Shown here: positions 36,847 through 46,560 of the stretch, piece after piece
Position numbering within the stretch: the stretch's first letter is position 1
How the letters are laid out: every line of letters begins with the position of its first letter
DNA from: Promethearchaeota archaeon
GTDB lineage: Archaea; Asgardarchaeota; Lokiarchaeia; Sigyniarchaeales; SOKP01
Assembly (NCBI GenBank): GCA_011364925.1
Contig: RDOA01000012.1
Span: 15,048-79,047, forward strand
Length of the DNA: 64,000 bases
Direction: 5' to 3'
Notes under the pieces: generated by a model
The model's database searches: none
What the model was told of the DNA's origin: nothing
Seen by the model: the letters and a program-made list of their open reading frames with translations, nothing else
Position numbers and translations under genes: made by a program

Positions 36847-37137
36847 TTATATACCATAATTTTTCATAATATAAAACTTTTTTCTTCTTCCGAGTTTATC
36901 TGGTTTATATTTTATAATTCTTTCCCCTTCAGTCTTTATTAATGTGTGGTATAACGTACCATCGTTAATTAATTGAATTTTGGTTATAACTTAGAATAAA
37001 TCTTCTGAAATTTGAAAGCCATGCACAAATTCATCACTATTGCTCATGATATTCATTAAAGTACCCAAAATAGGTATTGATCTTTTGAATATTGATTTTA
37101 ATTTAGTGGTACATCCTAAAAATTTAGAATCTAATAC
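36847..37137 (-). pseudogene. PadR-like winged-helix regulator interrupted by an in-frame TAA
   Basis: My translation reads ..KRSIPILGTLMNIMSNSDEFVHGFQISEDLF*VITKIQLINDGTLYHTLIKTEGERIIKYKPDKLGRRKKFYIMKNYGI*. The HG(F/Y)(E/Q)I, GTLY.TL and GRRKK.Y motifs match PadR. The stop is at 36991-36993, and there is no canonical start before the Met at 37054-37056. Confidence 0.55.
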
Positions 37138-37178
37138 TTAAGGACTTTAGAAGGAAAATAATATTACACTTATTATTA

Positions 37179-38015
37179 TTATCTATTCTCTTCATTAAGA
37201 ATTAAGATTTCATTCAGTGAACCTGATCTAAATCCTTCTAAATCGATTGTAACATAACAAAAACCTAATTCTTTTAATTTAGTCTTAATATCTTCAATGT
37301 TTTCATCCGTCATAACCTTCGAAATATCTTTTGGTAATAGTTCGATTCGCGCTAGTTTACCATCGTGAAGCCTGACTCGTAACTGATTTAAATCGTAAGA
37401 ATTTTTCAAGAATTTTTCAGCTTCTCTTATCATATTTAATTTTTCCTCGTTAATCTCCTGATTATAGGGGATTCGGGACGAAAAACACGCCATGGAAGGC
37501 TTTGATTGCACATCTAAATTAAAGTACTTACAGATTTCTCTAATTTCTTGCTTATTGATCTTGTAATCTATATAAGGAGTAACAATATTTAGTTCCTTTA
37601 AGGCTTGCATACCTGGTCTATAATCAGATAAATCATCGAGATTTGACCCATCTAAGATTATATCAAAGTTCCTTTCTGCTTTAATTTTAATTATGTCTTC
37701 GTACAAACCTGTTTTGCAGATATAGCACCTATTTTTAGGATTGATGCGAAAATTTTCGTCCTCTAAGGGATTACGCTCTATTATTAAATGATTTATATTA
37801 TGATTTTGTGCAAATTCACTAGTTAATCGAATCTCATCGTCAGGATAGAGGATTGATTTTTCAGTTACTAGCAAAGTTTCTTTAGCATATTTATTAGACA
37901 GGTATGCTAATAAACTGCTATCAACACCTCCAGAAAATGCAACTATCGCTTTTTTACTTTTTAAGAAGGTTACTAGACTTTCCAACTTATTTTTCAGATT
38001 TTTAGGCAAATCCAT
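37179..38015 (-). CDS. PP-loop ATP pyrophosphatase, LarE-like sulfur transferase family (TIGR00268-type)
   Basis: PP-loop VAFSGGVDSSLLAYL and the LarE-type PSMACFSSRIPY motif. Confidence 0.75.
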   Translation of the reverse strand: MDLPKNLKNKLESLVTFLKSKKAIVAFSGGVDSSLLAYLSNKYAKETLLVTEKSILYPDDEIRLTSEFAQNHNINHLIIERNPLEDENFRINPKNRCYICKTGLYEDIIKIKAERNFDIILDGSNLDDLSDYRPGMQALKELNIVTPYIDYKINKQEIREICKYFNLDVQSKPSMACFSSRIPYNQEINEEKLNMIREAEKFLKNSYDLNQLRVRLHDGKLARIELLPKDISKVMTDENIEDIKTKLKELGFCYVTIDLEGFRSGSLNEILILNEENR

Positions 38016-38091
38016 CGTTAACCTAATTCCTTAGAACACATGAAGAAAAATAAATTTTTATTTTAAAAAATATAAATACATTTCTTTTTGT

Positions 38092-38844
38092 TTAGGTTTT
38101 ATTAATTTCATCTGATTTAAAGCTCCTTAATATGAGAAACGCTATAGGTATTAACCAAATAAACGCAGAAAAAAGCATCATCCATTCAAGAAAAGATCTC
38201 GTTGTTGTAATCGGTGGAAAAATAAACAATATAGTTGCAATAAATGGTCCTACCATCATGTAGAGCCCTAACAATCTCGGAAAGAGTGTCTTTTTTAAGT
38301 AAAAAAGGATGGCTATTCCATTAAGAAACGCTCCAATAGCTAGTCCTGCGAATACAATAACTGAAAATGTAAAATGTAATCCCAATTTGGTGGTTCTATC
38401 CTCACTAAATAATCCCACTCCAAACAATCCAACTGCGCCTGCAAGGAGAGAAAGCAATCCAAAAAAAGCAATTACATCAAGATGGATATAATAAATTCTT
38501 TTAAATAGTGAATTATTTGAATCAAGAATAATACTTTCAGTTCCTGACATTAATATTTTTGTCATGTAGAAGAAAACAGGTACGAGAAAACAAGCGGTTA
38601 TCATCGCAATAGTATCTAAAATTAGAGGAGCAGGAGTAAACCGAATAGATCCTAAATCACTAATGTAGTTGTCAATTATATTATAACTTTCTGGACCAAA
38701 AAAATATGCGATTATCACCCCAATAAGGAGTCCAGGCAAGAAAGTTACTAAACTTACATAAACACATATTTTAATTAAGTTTTGATTTAAAAATTGGTTA
38801 AAAAAACGATTAATTGGCAATACTATTGAATTAAGCAGGCTCAT
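38092..38844 (-). CDS. Polytopic membrane protein, unknown family
   Basis: 250 aa with about seven hydrophobic helices. Confidence 0.5.
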   Translation of the reverse strand: MSLLNSIVLPINRFFNQFLNQNLIKICVYVSLVTFLPGLLIGVIIAYFFGPESYNIIDNYISDLGSIRFTPAPLILDTIAMITACFLVPVFFYMTKILMSGTESIILDSNNSLFKRIYYIHLDVIAFFGLLSLLAGAVGLFGVGLFSEDRTTKLGLHFTFSVIVFAGLAIGAFLNGIAILFYLKKTLFPRLLGLYMMVGPFIATILFIFPPITTTRSFLEWMMLFSAFIWLIPIAFLILRSFKSDEINKT

Positions 38845-39035
38845 GCATGGTAAAATTTATACTTGCGTTTAAAATTATGGTAAAATAAAAAATTGAAACA
38901 AAATAAGAATTGAATAAAGGAACAAGATAACTTTAATAAAGGTTGTATAGTAACATAGAATATTGAGAATCTTTCTTAATACTAATGCTTTAAAGTATCA
39001 GAATTTAGGAAATTAAACAAATCTAATATCTATAG

Positions 39036-39611
39036 GTGGATATAATGACATTTCTAAATAATTTGTGGCTTTTTTATGGTATTGATTATATTATTGCTTA
39101 TTCTACTCAAATATGGGCAAATCGTAAAAGAGGAGAGCCTTTTGATGATCCTGAATTTTTATTTTCTGATAAAAAGATTGTAGTTATTGCATTATTGTGG
39201 CTTTTTGGAGGATTAATAATTAGTCTATTTGTTCCTGTAAATCTTGGGTTGTTATTTTATATTGGCTTTCCACTCAATATATTGGGCTTAGTTATTGGAG
39301 AACTTTCTCTGTATTCTTTTGCTCACAATAAGGGGCTTACTACGTCTAGAATTCATCGCTACTCGAGAAATCCCATATATGTTGGAACGACAATCATGTA
39401 TTTGGGCTTAACATTGATGGGTTTGTCGGAATCAATCTGGAGCATCGTCTTCTTTATTTATTTTATTGTTACTATACCATATTTCCACTGGACTGTTCTC
39501 CTTGAGGAAGCTTTTTTAATCAAGAAATATGGTGATCGGTACCAACAATATTTAAAAATTACTCCAAGATATCTTGGAATACCAAAAAAAAGAACTGAAA
39601 TTTCTTCATAA
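39036..39611 (+). CDS. Isoprenylcysteine carboxyl methyltransferase / phospholipid methyltransferase-family membrane protein
   Basis: The C-terminal core is IHRYSRNPIYVGTTIMYLGLTL........EE..L...YGD.Y..Y. Multiple TM helices. Confidence 0.7.
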   Translation: MDIMTFLNNLWLFYGIDYIIAYSTQIWANRKRGEPFDDPEFLFSDKKIVVIALLWLFGGLIISLFVPVNLGLLFYIGFPLNILGLVIGELSLYSFAHNKGLTTSRIHRYSRNPIYVGTTIMYLGLTLMGLSESIWSIVFFIYFIVTIPYFHWTVLLEEAFLIKKYGDRYQQYLKITPRYLGIPKKRTEISS

Positions 39612-39692
39612 GATAATAGTTAATTCAAATTCATTTCTATTTAAGTTAGTTAATCAGAACTTATTATTAATTAAAAAAAAAAGGAAAAATAA

Positions 39693-40928
39693 TTAGTAAA
39701 TTTTCTTTAATTTAGCATATTTCCCAACCTTAACGAAGTGTTCGATTATCCCGATAATAATTCCGATGATAATTATTATAATGACCCAGAAATAAACAAT
39801 ATACTCAGGATTTGCAGGGTTTATCGATGGGATGGTACCGCCTGATAACAACGAAATTGGGAATATTTCTGGTTGGTTAAGGAGTAATAAGAACACAGGA
39901 ATGTAGGCTAGGTTGTATATTGCTCCTATGACTAAAAATACTTGTTGTCCTGTGTAATTACTTACTCCAATGACGAGTCGAATTAGATCAATTAATCCAC
40001 TGACAAAAACTAAGAATCCAAAAAGTTTAAGCCAATTAAGGAAAGCTGCGTCAATCCCCGTGACTGGAAAAGGTTGGATTATTAAAATTAAGCCAAAAAT
40101 AATTCCCGCAGACATACCAAAGATTAGTTCACCCACAGTAACAGGTTGAGTCTTTTTAACTAACTTTTTCTGTTTTGCTTCTTCTATTTTTTGCTTTCTT
40201 AACGCTTTTGCTTCCTCTAATTTTTGTTTTCGAAGAATTTCAGCTTCTGCTCGTTTTTCTTCCCTTAAGGCTTTAGTCTCTGCGATTCTTTCTTCTATTC
40301 TGACTTTAGCTGCAGCTAGTTTTTCTCTTGCAAGCATTCTAGCCTCTTCTATACGTTGTTGGGTGTAAGCTCTTGCTTCAGCCATATCTTCTTCAGTAAA
40401 AGTAAATGGGAAAATAAGAGCTAGGCGTTTGGGGATGACCCCAAAATCTTCGGGTAAAAAGCCCTCCATCGAAAAATAAACAAACGCTATTGTTATAACA
40501 ATAGCAGCAATTAAACACCCTATCCAGATTCCAGAGAACATTCCTCCTAATACTTCCCACCAAAGTCTAAAGAAGAATTGAAACACTGCGACTATGATAT
40601 TGATGAAAATGACAACCCCAAAAAAGAAGAATAAGGTTCTTAAGTAAAAATCAAAAAGCTCTTTAGTTATATAGAATTTGGGTGTTCCTCGGTTTTTATA
40701 TAGCTTCGCTATGCTTTGAGGAGTTCCCAGTCGCCTTATAGCTTCTTCGATATCAGCGTCAGTTATTTCTTCTCCTCGGGCAATTGCTCTTGCTTCACCG
40801 TATAGCTGAGCTTCTAAATCTTCTAAAACATTCTTCAATTCTTCTTCTTTCCATTTTAACCATTCAGGAAGTTTTTGTTTCACTTGGTTAATATAATTTT
40901 TAACAATCTGATTTTCAGATTCACTCAT
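39693..40928 (-). CDS. Membrane protein with N-terminal HAAS/DUF1700-like domain (paralog 2, with coiled-coil insert)
   Basis: The N-terminus LPEWLK...LGTPQSIAKLYKNRGTPKFYITK parallels 35605-36642. It carries a K/E/A-rich helical insert (REKLAAAKVRIEERIAETKALREEKRAEAEILRKQKLEEAKALRKQKIEEAKQKK). Confidence 0.55.
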   Translation of the reverse strand: MSESENQIVKNYINQVKQKLPEWLKWKEEELKNVLEDLEAQLYGEARAIARGEEITDADIEEAIRRLGTPQSIAKLYKNRGTPKFYITKELFDFYLRTLFFFFGVVIFINIIVAVFQFFFRLWWEVLGGMFSGIWIGCLIAAIVITIAFVYFSMEGFLPEDFGVIPKRLALIFPFTFTEEDMAEARAYTQQRIEEARMLAREKLAAAKVRIEERIAETKALREEKRAEAEILRKQKLEEAKALRKQKIEEAKQKKLVKKTQPVTVGELIFGMSAGIIFGLILIIQPFPVTGIDAAFLNWLKLFGFLVFVSGLIDLIRLVIGVSNYTGQQVFLVIGAIYNLAYIPVFLLLLNQPEIFPISLLSGGTIPSINPANPEYIVYFWVIIIIIIGIIIGIIEHFVKVGKYAKLKKIY

Positions 40929-41055
40929 GATAATTCATTAGTTTGTTTTATATCTTTGATTAGAAAATAATCCAATATTTTTATAATTTGTAATACCTAA
41001 ATTCTATTAAATAAAATGGAGACCGATTTTCGATAAGAGTTAGGTAAAGATACAT

Positions 41056-42483
41056 ATGAAAGAAATTCCATTGAAGACTAAAGAAAAAGCAAAGAGAAGA
41101 CAGTTTGGTCTGCATTTAACCTCCGTAGACATATTTTATAAATATATCTTTCCTGAAATTAAAGATCGCCTTGAAGATTATTTATGGGTCGATCTCTACG
41201 CAGGTGAAGGTAATCTAATCCTACCGATACTAGAAGAAATCCCCGTAGATCAGCGAATAACTTTCTTTCAAAATCATATTTATTTATATGATATTCAAAA
41301 AGACATGGTTCAGAAGTGCATTAAAAATGCAGAATGTTATGGGATTCCAAAAGAAATAGCGGAAAACAAGATAAAAATACGGGATAATCTTGGAGATTTC
41401 CCCCAAATCTTAAAAAAACAAAATTGTTCTATATTTCACGTAACAAATCCACCATATCTATACTTGGGCTATATTCGAAAGCATAATGAAACTAAAAAGT
41501 ATCTAGAATATTTTGAAGGATTAAACAAGGGATACCAAGATTTATATCAAATTGCAATGATGAATGATTTGCGAAACGAAATAGGAGATTTAATATATGT
41601 CATTCCAACTAATTTCTTATTTGGAGCTTCTGTTTCAAATAAGTTTCGAGCAGATTTTTTGAAATTTTACACAATTACAAAAATGATTATATTTGAAACA
41701 TCAATGTTTGATTATACAGGTACAAATATATGTATCTGTTTTCTTAAAAGAAAAGAATTTCCTAGAGACAATCCTCAATTATTCGAAGGTTTAAAGTTTA
41801 AAGATAAAAAAATTTCGCTGAAGAGATATTACAATTTAAAGCCGAAATACAAGTACCGTGCTGGTTCAGAGTTTGACACATTTTTAGAAGAAAGCCGTGC
41901 TCAAAATACACTTAAGATAAGTTATTACTTTAAAAAGGAGGAAGTGGTTAATAATCCAGGATCCTTAGAAATCAAAGTTATTGATGCTAATAAATATGAG
42001 AACAATCAATATAAGAATTTGATTCTTAAGGTGAATAACAAGTTGAGTGAAAAGTTAAGGAACAACATTCTTTATGCTCAAACTGTTGATACTGGTTCCA
42101 TTGATGGAAGAGTAGGATTAGGAATTATTAAGGAACATTTCGGAGTCGACGGGATATTTGTTTCGGGAAATACTTATCGAACTCATCCCATTCAGATTTT
42201 TCTCGAACCTGTACTTGCTTATAACGACCAAATTTTATTAAGAAATTATTTTAATATAATCCTAGAATATTTTAGGAGGGAACTCGATAGTGAATTTTTA
42301 ACTACATATAAATATTCTAACGCAGATTATACGAGAAAATATTTAGGGCTTACTCAAGTTAGGGGTTTGATCGAAACATTTCCGTACGACTTTAAAGAGA
42401 GTGATAAGAATTCTTTAAAATCATATATAAAGAAGAATGAGATTAAAAACATTTTTAAGCTAATTCGTGAAGCTAGCAATTAA
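41056..42483 (+). CDS. N6-adenine (NPPY-type) DNA methyltransferase-like protein
   Basis: SAM motif-I-like VDLYAGEGNL and the catalytic VTNPPYLYLGY. The C-terminal half is unassigned. Confidence 0.6.
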   Translation: MKEIPLKTKEKAKRRQFGLHLTSVDIFYKYIFPEIKDRLEDYLWVDLYAGEGNLILPILEEIPVDQRITFFQNHIYLYDIQKDMVQKCIKNAECYGIPKEIAENKIKIRDNLGDFPQILKKQNCSIFHVTNPPYLYLGYIRKHNETKKYLEYFEGLNKGYQDLYQIAMMNDLRNEIGDLIYVIPTNFLFGASVSNKFRADFLKFYTITKMIIFETSMFDYTGTNICICFLKRKEFPRDNPQLFEGLKFKDKKISLKRYYNLKPKYKYRAGSEFDTFLEESRAQNTLKISYYFKKEEVVNNPGSLEIKVIDANKYENNQYKNLILKVNNKLSEKLRNNILYAQTVDTGSIDGRVGLGIIKEHFGVDGIFVSGNTYRTHPIQIFLEPVLAYNDQILLRNYFNIILEYFRRELDSEFLTTYKYSNADYTRKYLGLTQVRGLIETFPYDFKESDKNSLKSYIKKNEIKNIFKLIREASN

Positions 42484-43352
42484 ATACTAGCAAACAAGAA
42501 CGCAATTAAGCCAATAAACATTCCTATCTTCAAGGATAAACTAATTTTCTTCAAATCTCTTACCTCTAATTTCGAAGTTAGCATTAAAAAGAAAGTATAA
42601 GCTACCTCAATTAACCCGACAATCATTAAAACAATAAAAAGAGGAAGATTTAGAATATTGGTTGATATAGGCAATATAAAGAATATTATTGCGATTACTG
42701 CAAAAATTAAAGCAATGTTCCGTGAGTTTTTGACTCCAAATTTTATAGCTAATGTTTTAACCCCTTGTTTTTTATCTCCTTCAATATCTTCGCACCCTTT
42801 AATAATTTCCCTGGATACTAAAAGAGAGAATGCAGTAATAAAGAAATAGAAGATGTAAAGAGGAATAAATATACTATTTAGTAAAGCTCCATATACTAAA
42901 CCAATCGAAAAAGATATACCTACAACAAGATTTCCAAAAAATCCGCTTTTTTTTCCCCATTTAGCATAAACCCATCCAATAAACCCGAAAAACGAAGCTA
43001 ATATAAAATTCAGTAAGCTAAGATTAAATAAGATGGTGTTAACAATACATAATATTATCCCAAAACTAAGATAAATAATGAAAAGTAATTTTGCCTGCTT
43101 TAGGGTTATTGAACCTCTTGGAATAGGCCGATCTGGTCTATTAATTTTATCTATTTCTACATCGTAGATATCATTAATAACCATACCGGAAGCTGCAATA
43201 AAAATATAAGTAAATACGCCTAAAATAATATTTATAACAAGTATTTCTACCGGAATATCTATACGAGTATTTAATAAGCCTATAATGACTGAAAGGGCTC
43301 CCATTACGCAATTAATAGGGCGTGCTATTTCAAGTGTATCTTTTAATTTCAT
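42480..43352 (-). CDS. UbiA-family prenyltransferase, digeranylgeranylglyceryl phosphate synthase-like
   Basis: NDIYDVEIDKINRPDRPIPRG (first Asp-rich motif) and about eight TM helices. Adjacent to GGGP synthase. Confidence 0.8.
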   Translation of the reverse strand: MKLKDTLEIARPINCVMGALSVIIGLLNTRIDIPVEILVINIILGVFTYIFIAASGMVINDIYDVEIDKINRPDRPIPRGSITLKQAKLLFIIYLSFGIILCIVNTILFNLSLLNFILASFFGFIGWVYAKWGKKSGFFGNLVVGISFSIGLVYGALLNSIFIPLYIFYFFITAFSLLVSREIIKGCEDIEGDKKQGVKTLAIKFGVKNSRNIALIFAVIAIIFFILPISTNILNLPLFIVLMIVGLIEVAYTFFLMLTSKLEVRDLKKISLSLKIGMFIGLIAFLFASI

Positions 43353-43373
43353 AATTAAGCAAAAATAGGTGTT

Positions 43374-44201
43374 TTATTTCAAACAATAATTTTTCTTAGT
43401 ATTTTTTCCCGCGTCCTTGATTTCATCAATAATTGTTTTTAACGAATTTCCATTATCTTTTAATACTTTACTTTCTAAATATGTTCCCATTACTATAATA
43501 TCCGCCCCTGCTTCAACGAAATTTCTAGCATCTTCTTTAGATCTAACACCTCCCCCTACAATTATAGGTATATTCAAGAGATTTGAACTGAGTCGAATAA
43601 TTTCAGCGGGTATTTTTTTGCTGCCTGAACCAGCTTCTAAATATATTAACTTAAAACCGAAATATTCTGCTGCTAGGCAATAAGCTGCTGTCAATTTGGG
43701 TTTTTCTCTTGGTAGCAGTTTAGCCTTACTAATCCATCCAGCAGTACCCCCAGGTTCTATTATTAAATATCCCGTTGAGATGATTTCTAGCTTCGACAAT
43801 TTCACTGTGTACGATGCTATAGCTTGTTGCCCTATGATAAAATATGGATCTTCCGAGTTTAAAATTGACATAAATAAAATAGCATCAGCATGCTTTGACA
43901 CATTTGCTACACTTCCGGGAAATATTATGATTGGCAAATCAACATTCTCTTTGATTGCGAGGACTGTCTCGTCAACAAAATTTTGGTCAAAAACAGTGCT
44001 CCCACCAATTAAAATAGCGTCAGTTCCTGCTTGTTCTGCATAAAGAGCAATTTTTCCCGCTTTAGAGGGATTTTGTTTAATGGGATCCGGATCAATAAGA
44101 GAAAAATGGAGGGTTCCATCACAATTTATTTTGTTTACTAAATACTCGTAGGTACCTGTTTTAACTGCGTTATTTGTTAATGTGCCAACCATAAAACTCA
44201 C
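43374..44201 (-). CDS. Geranylgeranylglyceryl phosphate synthase (PcrB/GGGPS family)
   Basis: LIDPDP, AGTDAILIGGST, YLEAGSG, and VGGGVRS.EDA......GADIIVMGT. Confidence 0.8.
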   Translation of the reverse strand: MSFMVGTLTNNAVKTGTYEYLVNKINCDGTLHFSLIDPDPIKQNPSKAGKIALYAEQAGTDAILIGGSTVFDQNFVDETVLAIKENVDLPIIIFPGSVANVSKHADAILFMSILNSEDPYFIIGQQAIASYTVKLSKLEIISTGYLIIEPGGTAGWISKAKLLPREKPKLTAAYCLAAEYFGFKLIYLEAGSGSKKIPAEIIRLSSNLLNIPIIVGGGVRSKEDARNFVEAGADIIVMGTYLESKVLKDNGNSLKTIIDEIKDAGKNTKKNYCLK

Positions 44202-44210
44202 ATAATATAA

Positions 44211-45614
44211 TTATTTTACTTTTTTAGCATTTATTAACATTCTTAAAATTTTATCATATACTTGAATAGCACGCGATTTCCATTCTTCAAATTTTTCAAT
44301 AGTAAGTGGAAAATTCTTATAATGCCTTGAAATTTCATTCATCCGAATTCGTAAATAATTCAAGTCTAACAGCAGGTTTGGTTTGGAGATTCCTTTTATC
44401 GCCTTACTTACTAAACTAATTAAAGGTAATTCAAATTCTCCAGTTGAAGAGATTTCTAGTATTTCTTCACCACTCAATAAATCTTGTTGTAAAGCAAAGT
44501 TTAAATCTTCGTTAGAAAGTATTTGGAGAGTCATTCTTAGCAAGTCTAGTGAAGCAAATTCAGCTCCAAAACTGGTCATAACTTCGTAGTTGTAATTCCA
44601 TAATGTGTCAACAGAATAATCTCCTTTTTCAATTGCGTTAAGTGCTGTATTGGCAGCAAAGAAACCTCCCCTCATTGAAGGATCAATACCTCCTCCATGA
44701 AGGGGGTTTACTTGACAAGCAGCATCTCCAACAAACATAATTCCATTGTCAGTACATGACCAAAGGGGTCGTCTTATAGACACTACACCTCCACCAGAAG
44801 AAAGAATCTTGTATTTTGAGGTTTTTATGAATTCTTTAAAGACATTTTGCTGATATAATTCTTTTACCTTACCTTTAAGGTCCATAAACGCTCCAAGACC
44901 AATATTGAGGGAAGATTCATTTTTAGGAAAATACCATATATAACCTCCTGGTGCTTTTTCTTGATTTAAAATAATGGAAATATAATCGGGGTCATTAATT
45001 TTTATGTCCTGAGGAGAAAATTTCACAATCTCCCTATAGCAAAGAATACTATCTTCTTTTAGTACCTCTTTCTCAACTAGTGTGCTTTTTAATTTCTTCC
45101 GAAGGGGAGAATAATACCCGGAAGCATCAATTAAAAGTTTAGAGTGAAGCTCCGCTTTTTCGCCATTACTGAGTTTTACTTTTACTCCAGAAACCGTATT
45201 TTGGTCATATATTAAATCAAGGGCCATTGTTTTATCATAAAAATGTTCAATACCGGCGTCTAGAGCTTCGTTCAATAATCTTTGACCAAATTCAACCCTA
45301 TTAACGATATAGCCAGCTTGTCTTGGATCAGTTAAATCAATGCATTTCTTTAGGTTCGGGGTGTATAATTTAGCACCTTTGATTTTGCATGAAAGTTCAT
45401 CATCTCTTGGATGTTTAATGTTAAGAAAATCAAATATATCGGTACCAACCGCATCTCCACAAATTTTATTCCCGATTTCTTTTTTTTCTTTACTATCGAT
45501 TAGACAGACACTCAAACCTTTTTCAGTGGTAAAACGGGCAGCAATACTACCTCCTGTTCCCGCACCAACAACAATAACATCAAAAGTTTTATTTAAATTT
45601 TCCATAGAAACCAA
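44211..45614 (-). CDS. FAD-dependent geranylgeranyl reductase (digeranylgeranylglycerophospholipid reductase-like)
   Basis: DVIVVGAGTGGSIAARF, CGDAV, and FVGDAACQVNPLHGGGI. Confidence 0.8.
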   Translation of the reverse strand: MVSMENLNKTFDVIVVGAGTGGSIAARFTTEKGLSVCLIDSKEKKEIGNKICGDAVGTDIFDFLNIKHPRDDELSCKIKGAKLYTPNLKKCIDLTDPRQAGYIVNRVEFGQRLLNEALDAGIEHFYDKTMALDLIYDQNTVSGVKVKLSNGEKAELHSKLLIDASGYYSPLRKKLKSTLVEKEVLKEDSILCYREIVKFSPQDIKINDPDYISIILNQEKAPGGYIWYFPKNESSLNIGLGAFMDLKGKVKELYQQNVFKEFIKTSKYKILSSGGGVVSIRRPLWSCTDNGIMFVGDAACQVNPLHGGGIDPSMRGGFFAANTALNAIEKGDYSVDTLWNYNYEVMTSFGAEFASLDLLRMTLQILSNEDLNFALQQDLLSGEEILEISSTGEFELPLISLVSKAIKGISKPNLLLDLNYLRIRMNEISRHYKNFPLTIEKFEEWKSRAIQVYDKILRMLINAKKVK

Positions 45615-45639
45615 GATTACAAAAAGATTTAAGTTATTT

Positions 45640-46374
45640 TTATATTAAAGTCAGCAAGAATACTATGGCCACCGTAGCTATAGGGACGGTTAAATCGTCC
45701 CAAGTTGATGGAGATATTAACTCAACGATCGTTGCTAAAGCACTCATTATTAGAGAATAAATAAGAGCAATTTCAAGTGTAAGATGGTTTTGTGTAATTG
45801 AATTTGTGAAAATAGTAAAAGCAAAGAAACAAAGTAAAAATCCACTTATGAAGAAAGTTAATGATCCTTCTATTGTTCGCGTACTCTTTAACCAGGGTAG
45901 CTTAATATTCATTTTCCCATATTTCTTACCAATTATCGAGGCGAGAGTATCTGAAACAATCATTAATAATATCCCCGCTATAGGGAAATACATTTTTCCT
46001 GGAGCTACTATAACAAAAAATGTTATCAATATCGTAATTGATAAACAATAATGAAACGGTCCTTCTAAGTATCCCACTTTTTCTTCTGCTTCTTCTCCAA
46101 TTGAATCATATAGCTCCTTTAATTGTTTCACGCTGCTTTTTTTCGAACTTAGAAGAGTTAAAAGAGTCATCGAACCAGCTAATATTACGGCAAACCATGG
46201 CCAGGTATAAAAAGGTGTTGTTAAGACCGCTAATCCAGCAAGAAGATGTACGGCTTTACGAGCTTGGAATTTAGTGATTTTATCCCTTTTTTTCAACTGA
46301 ACAGGTATTAGAATAGTAGCAAGCACATATATAAATGTTAATAGAAGAATCAATAAATCCAGTAAGATGTTCAT
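45640..46374 (-). CDS. CTP-dependent cytidylyltransferase / polyprenol (dolichol/phytol) kinase-family membrane protein
   Basis: RKAVHLLAG and SDTLASIIGKKYGK are motifs of the CdsA/dolichol kinase superfamily. Polytopic. Confidence 0.55.
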   Translation of the reverse strand: MNILLDLLILLLTFIYVLATILIPVQLKKRDKITKFQARKAVHLLAGLAVLTTPFYTWPWFAVILAGSMTLLTLLSSKKSSVKQLKELYDSIGEEAEEKVGYLEGPFHYCLSITILITFFVIVAPGKMYFPIAGILLMIVSDTLASIIGKKYGKMNIKLPWLKSTRTIEGSLTFFISGFLLCFFAFTIFTNSITQNHLTLEIALIYSLIMSALATIVELISPSTWDDLTVPIATVAIVFLLTLI

Positions 46375-46560
46375 GGTGTTCAGTTCTTTTTTTGTAGTTT
46401 TGTTATTAACACTGATAAATTTTTATTGTATTTAAAATAAAATCAGATTAATTCTAATATTAAGTGTGATAAAGGATGAAAACATAAATTATTGCATTCA
46501 GATAAAGTTAATTCTTATTTTGCATTTTCATAGATACTTTAGTTAAAAGAGAAATGAATT

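Noticed and set aside
38847-38886. Direct repeat ATGGTAAAAT x2, 30 nt apart, just upstream of the minus-strand membrane-protein gene
   Set aside because: There are only two copies of a 10-mer in very AT-rich promoter DNA. That is not enough to claim a regulatory site.
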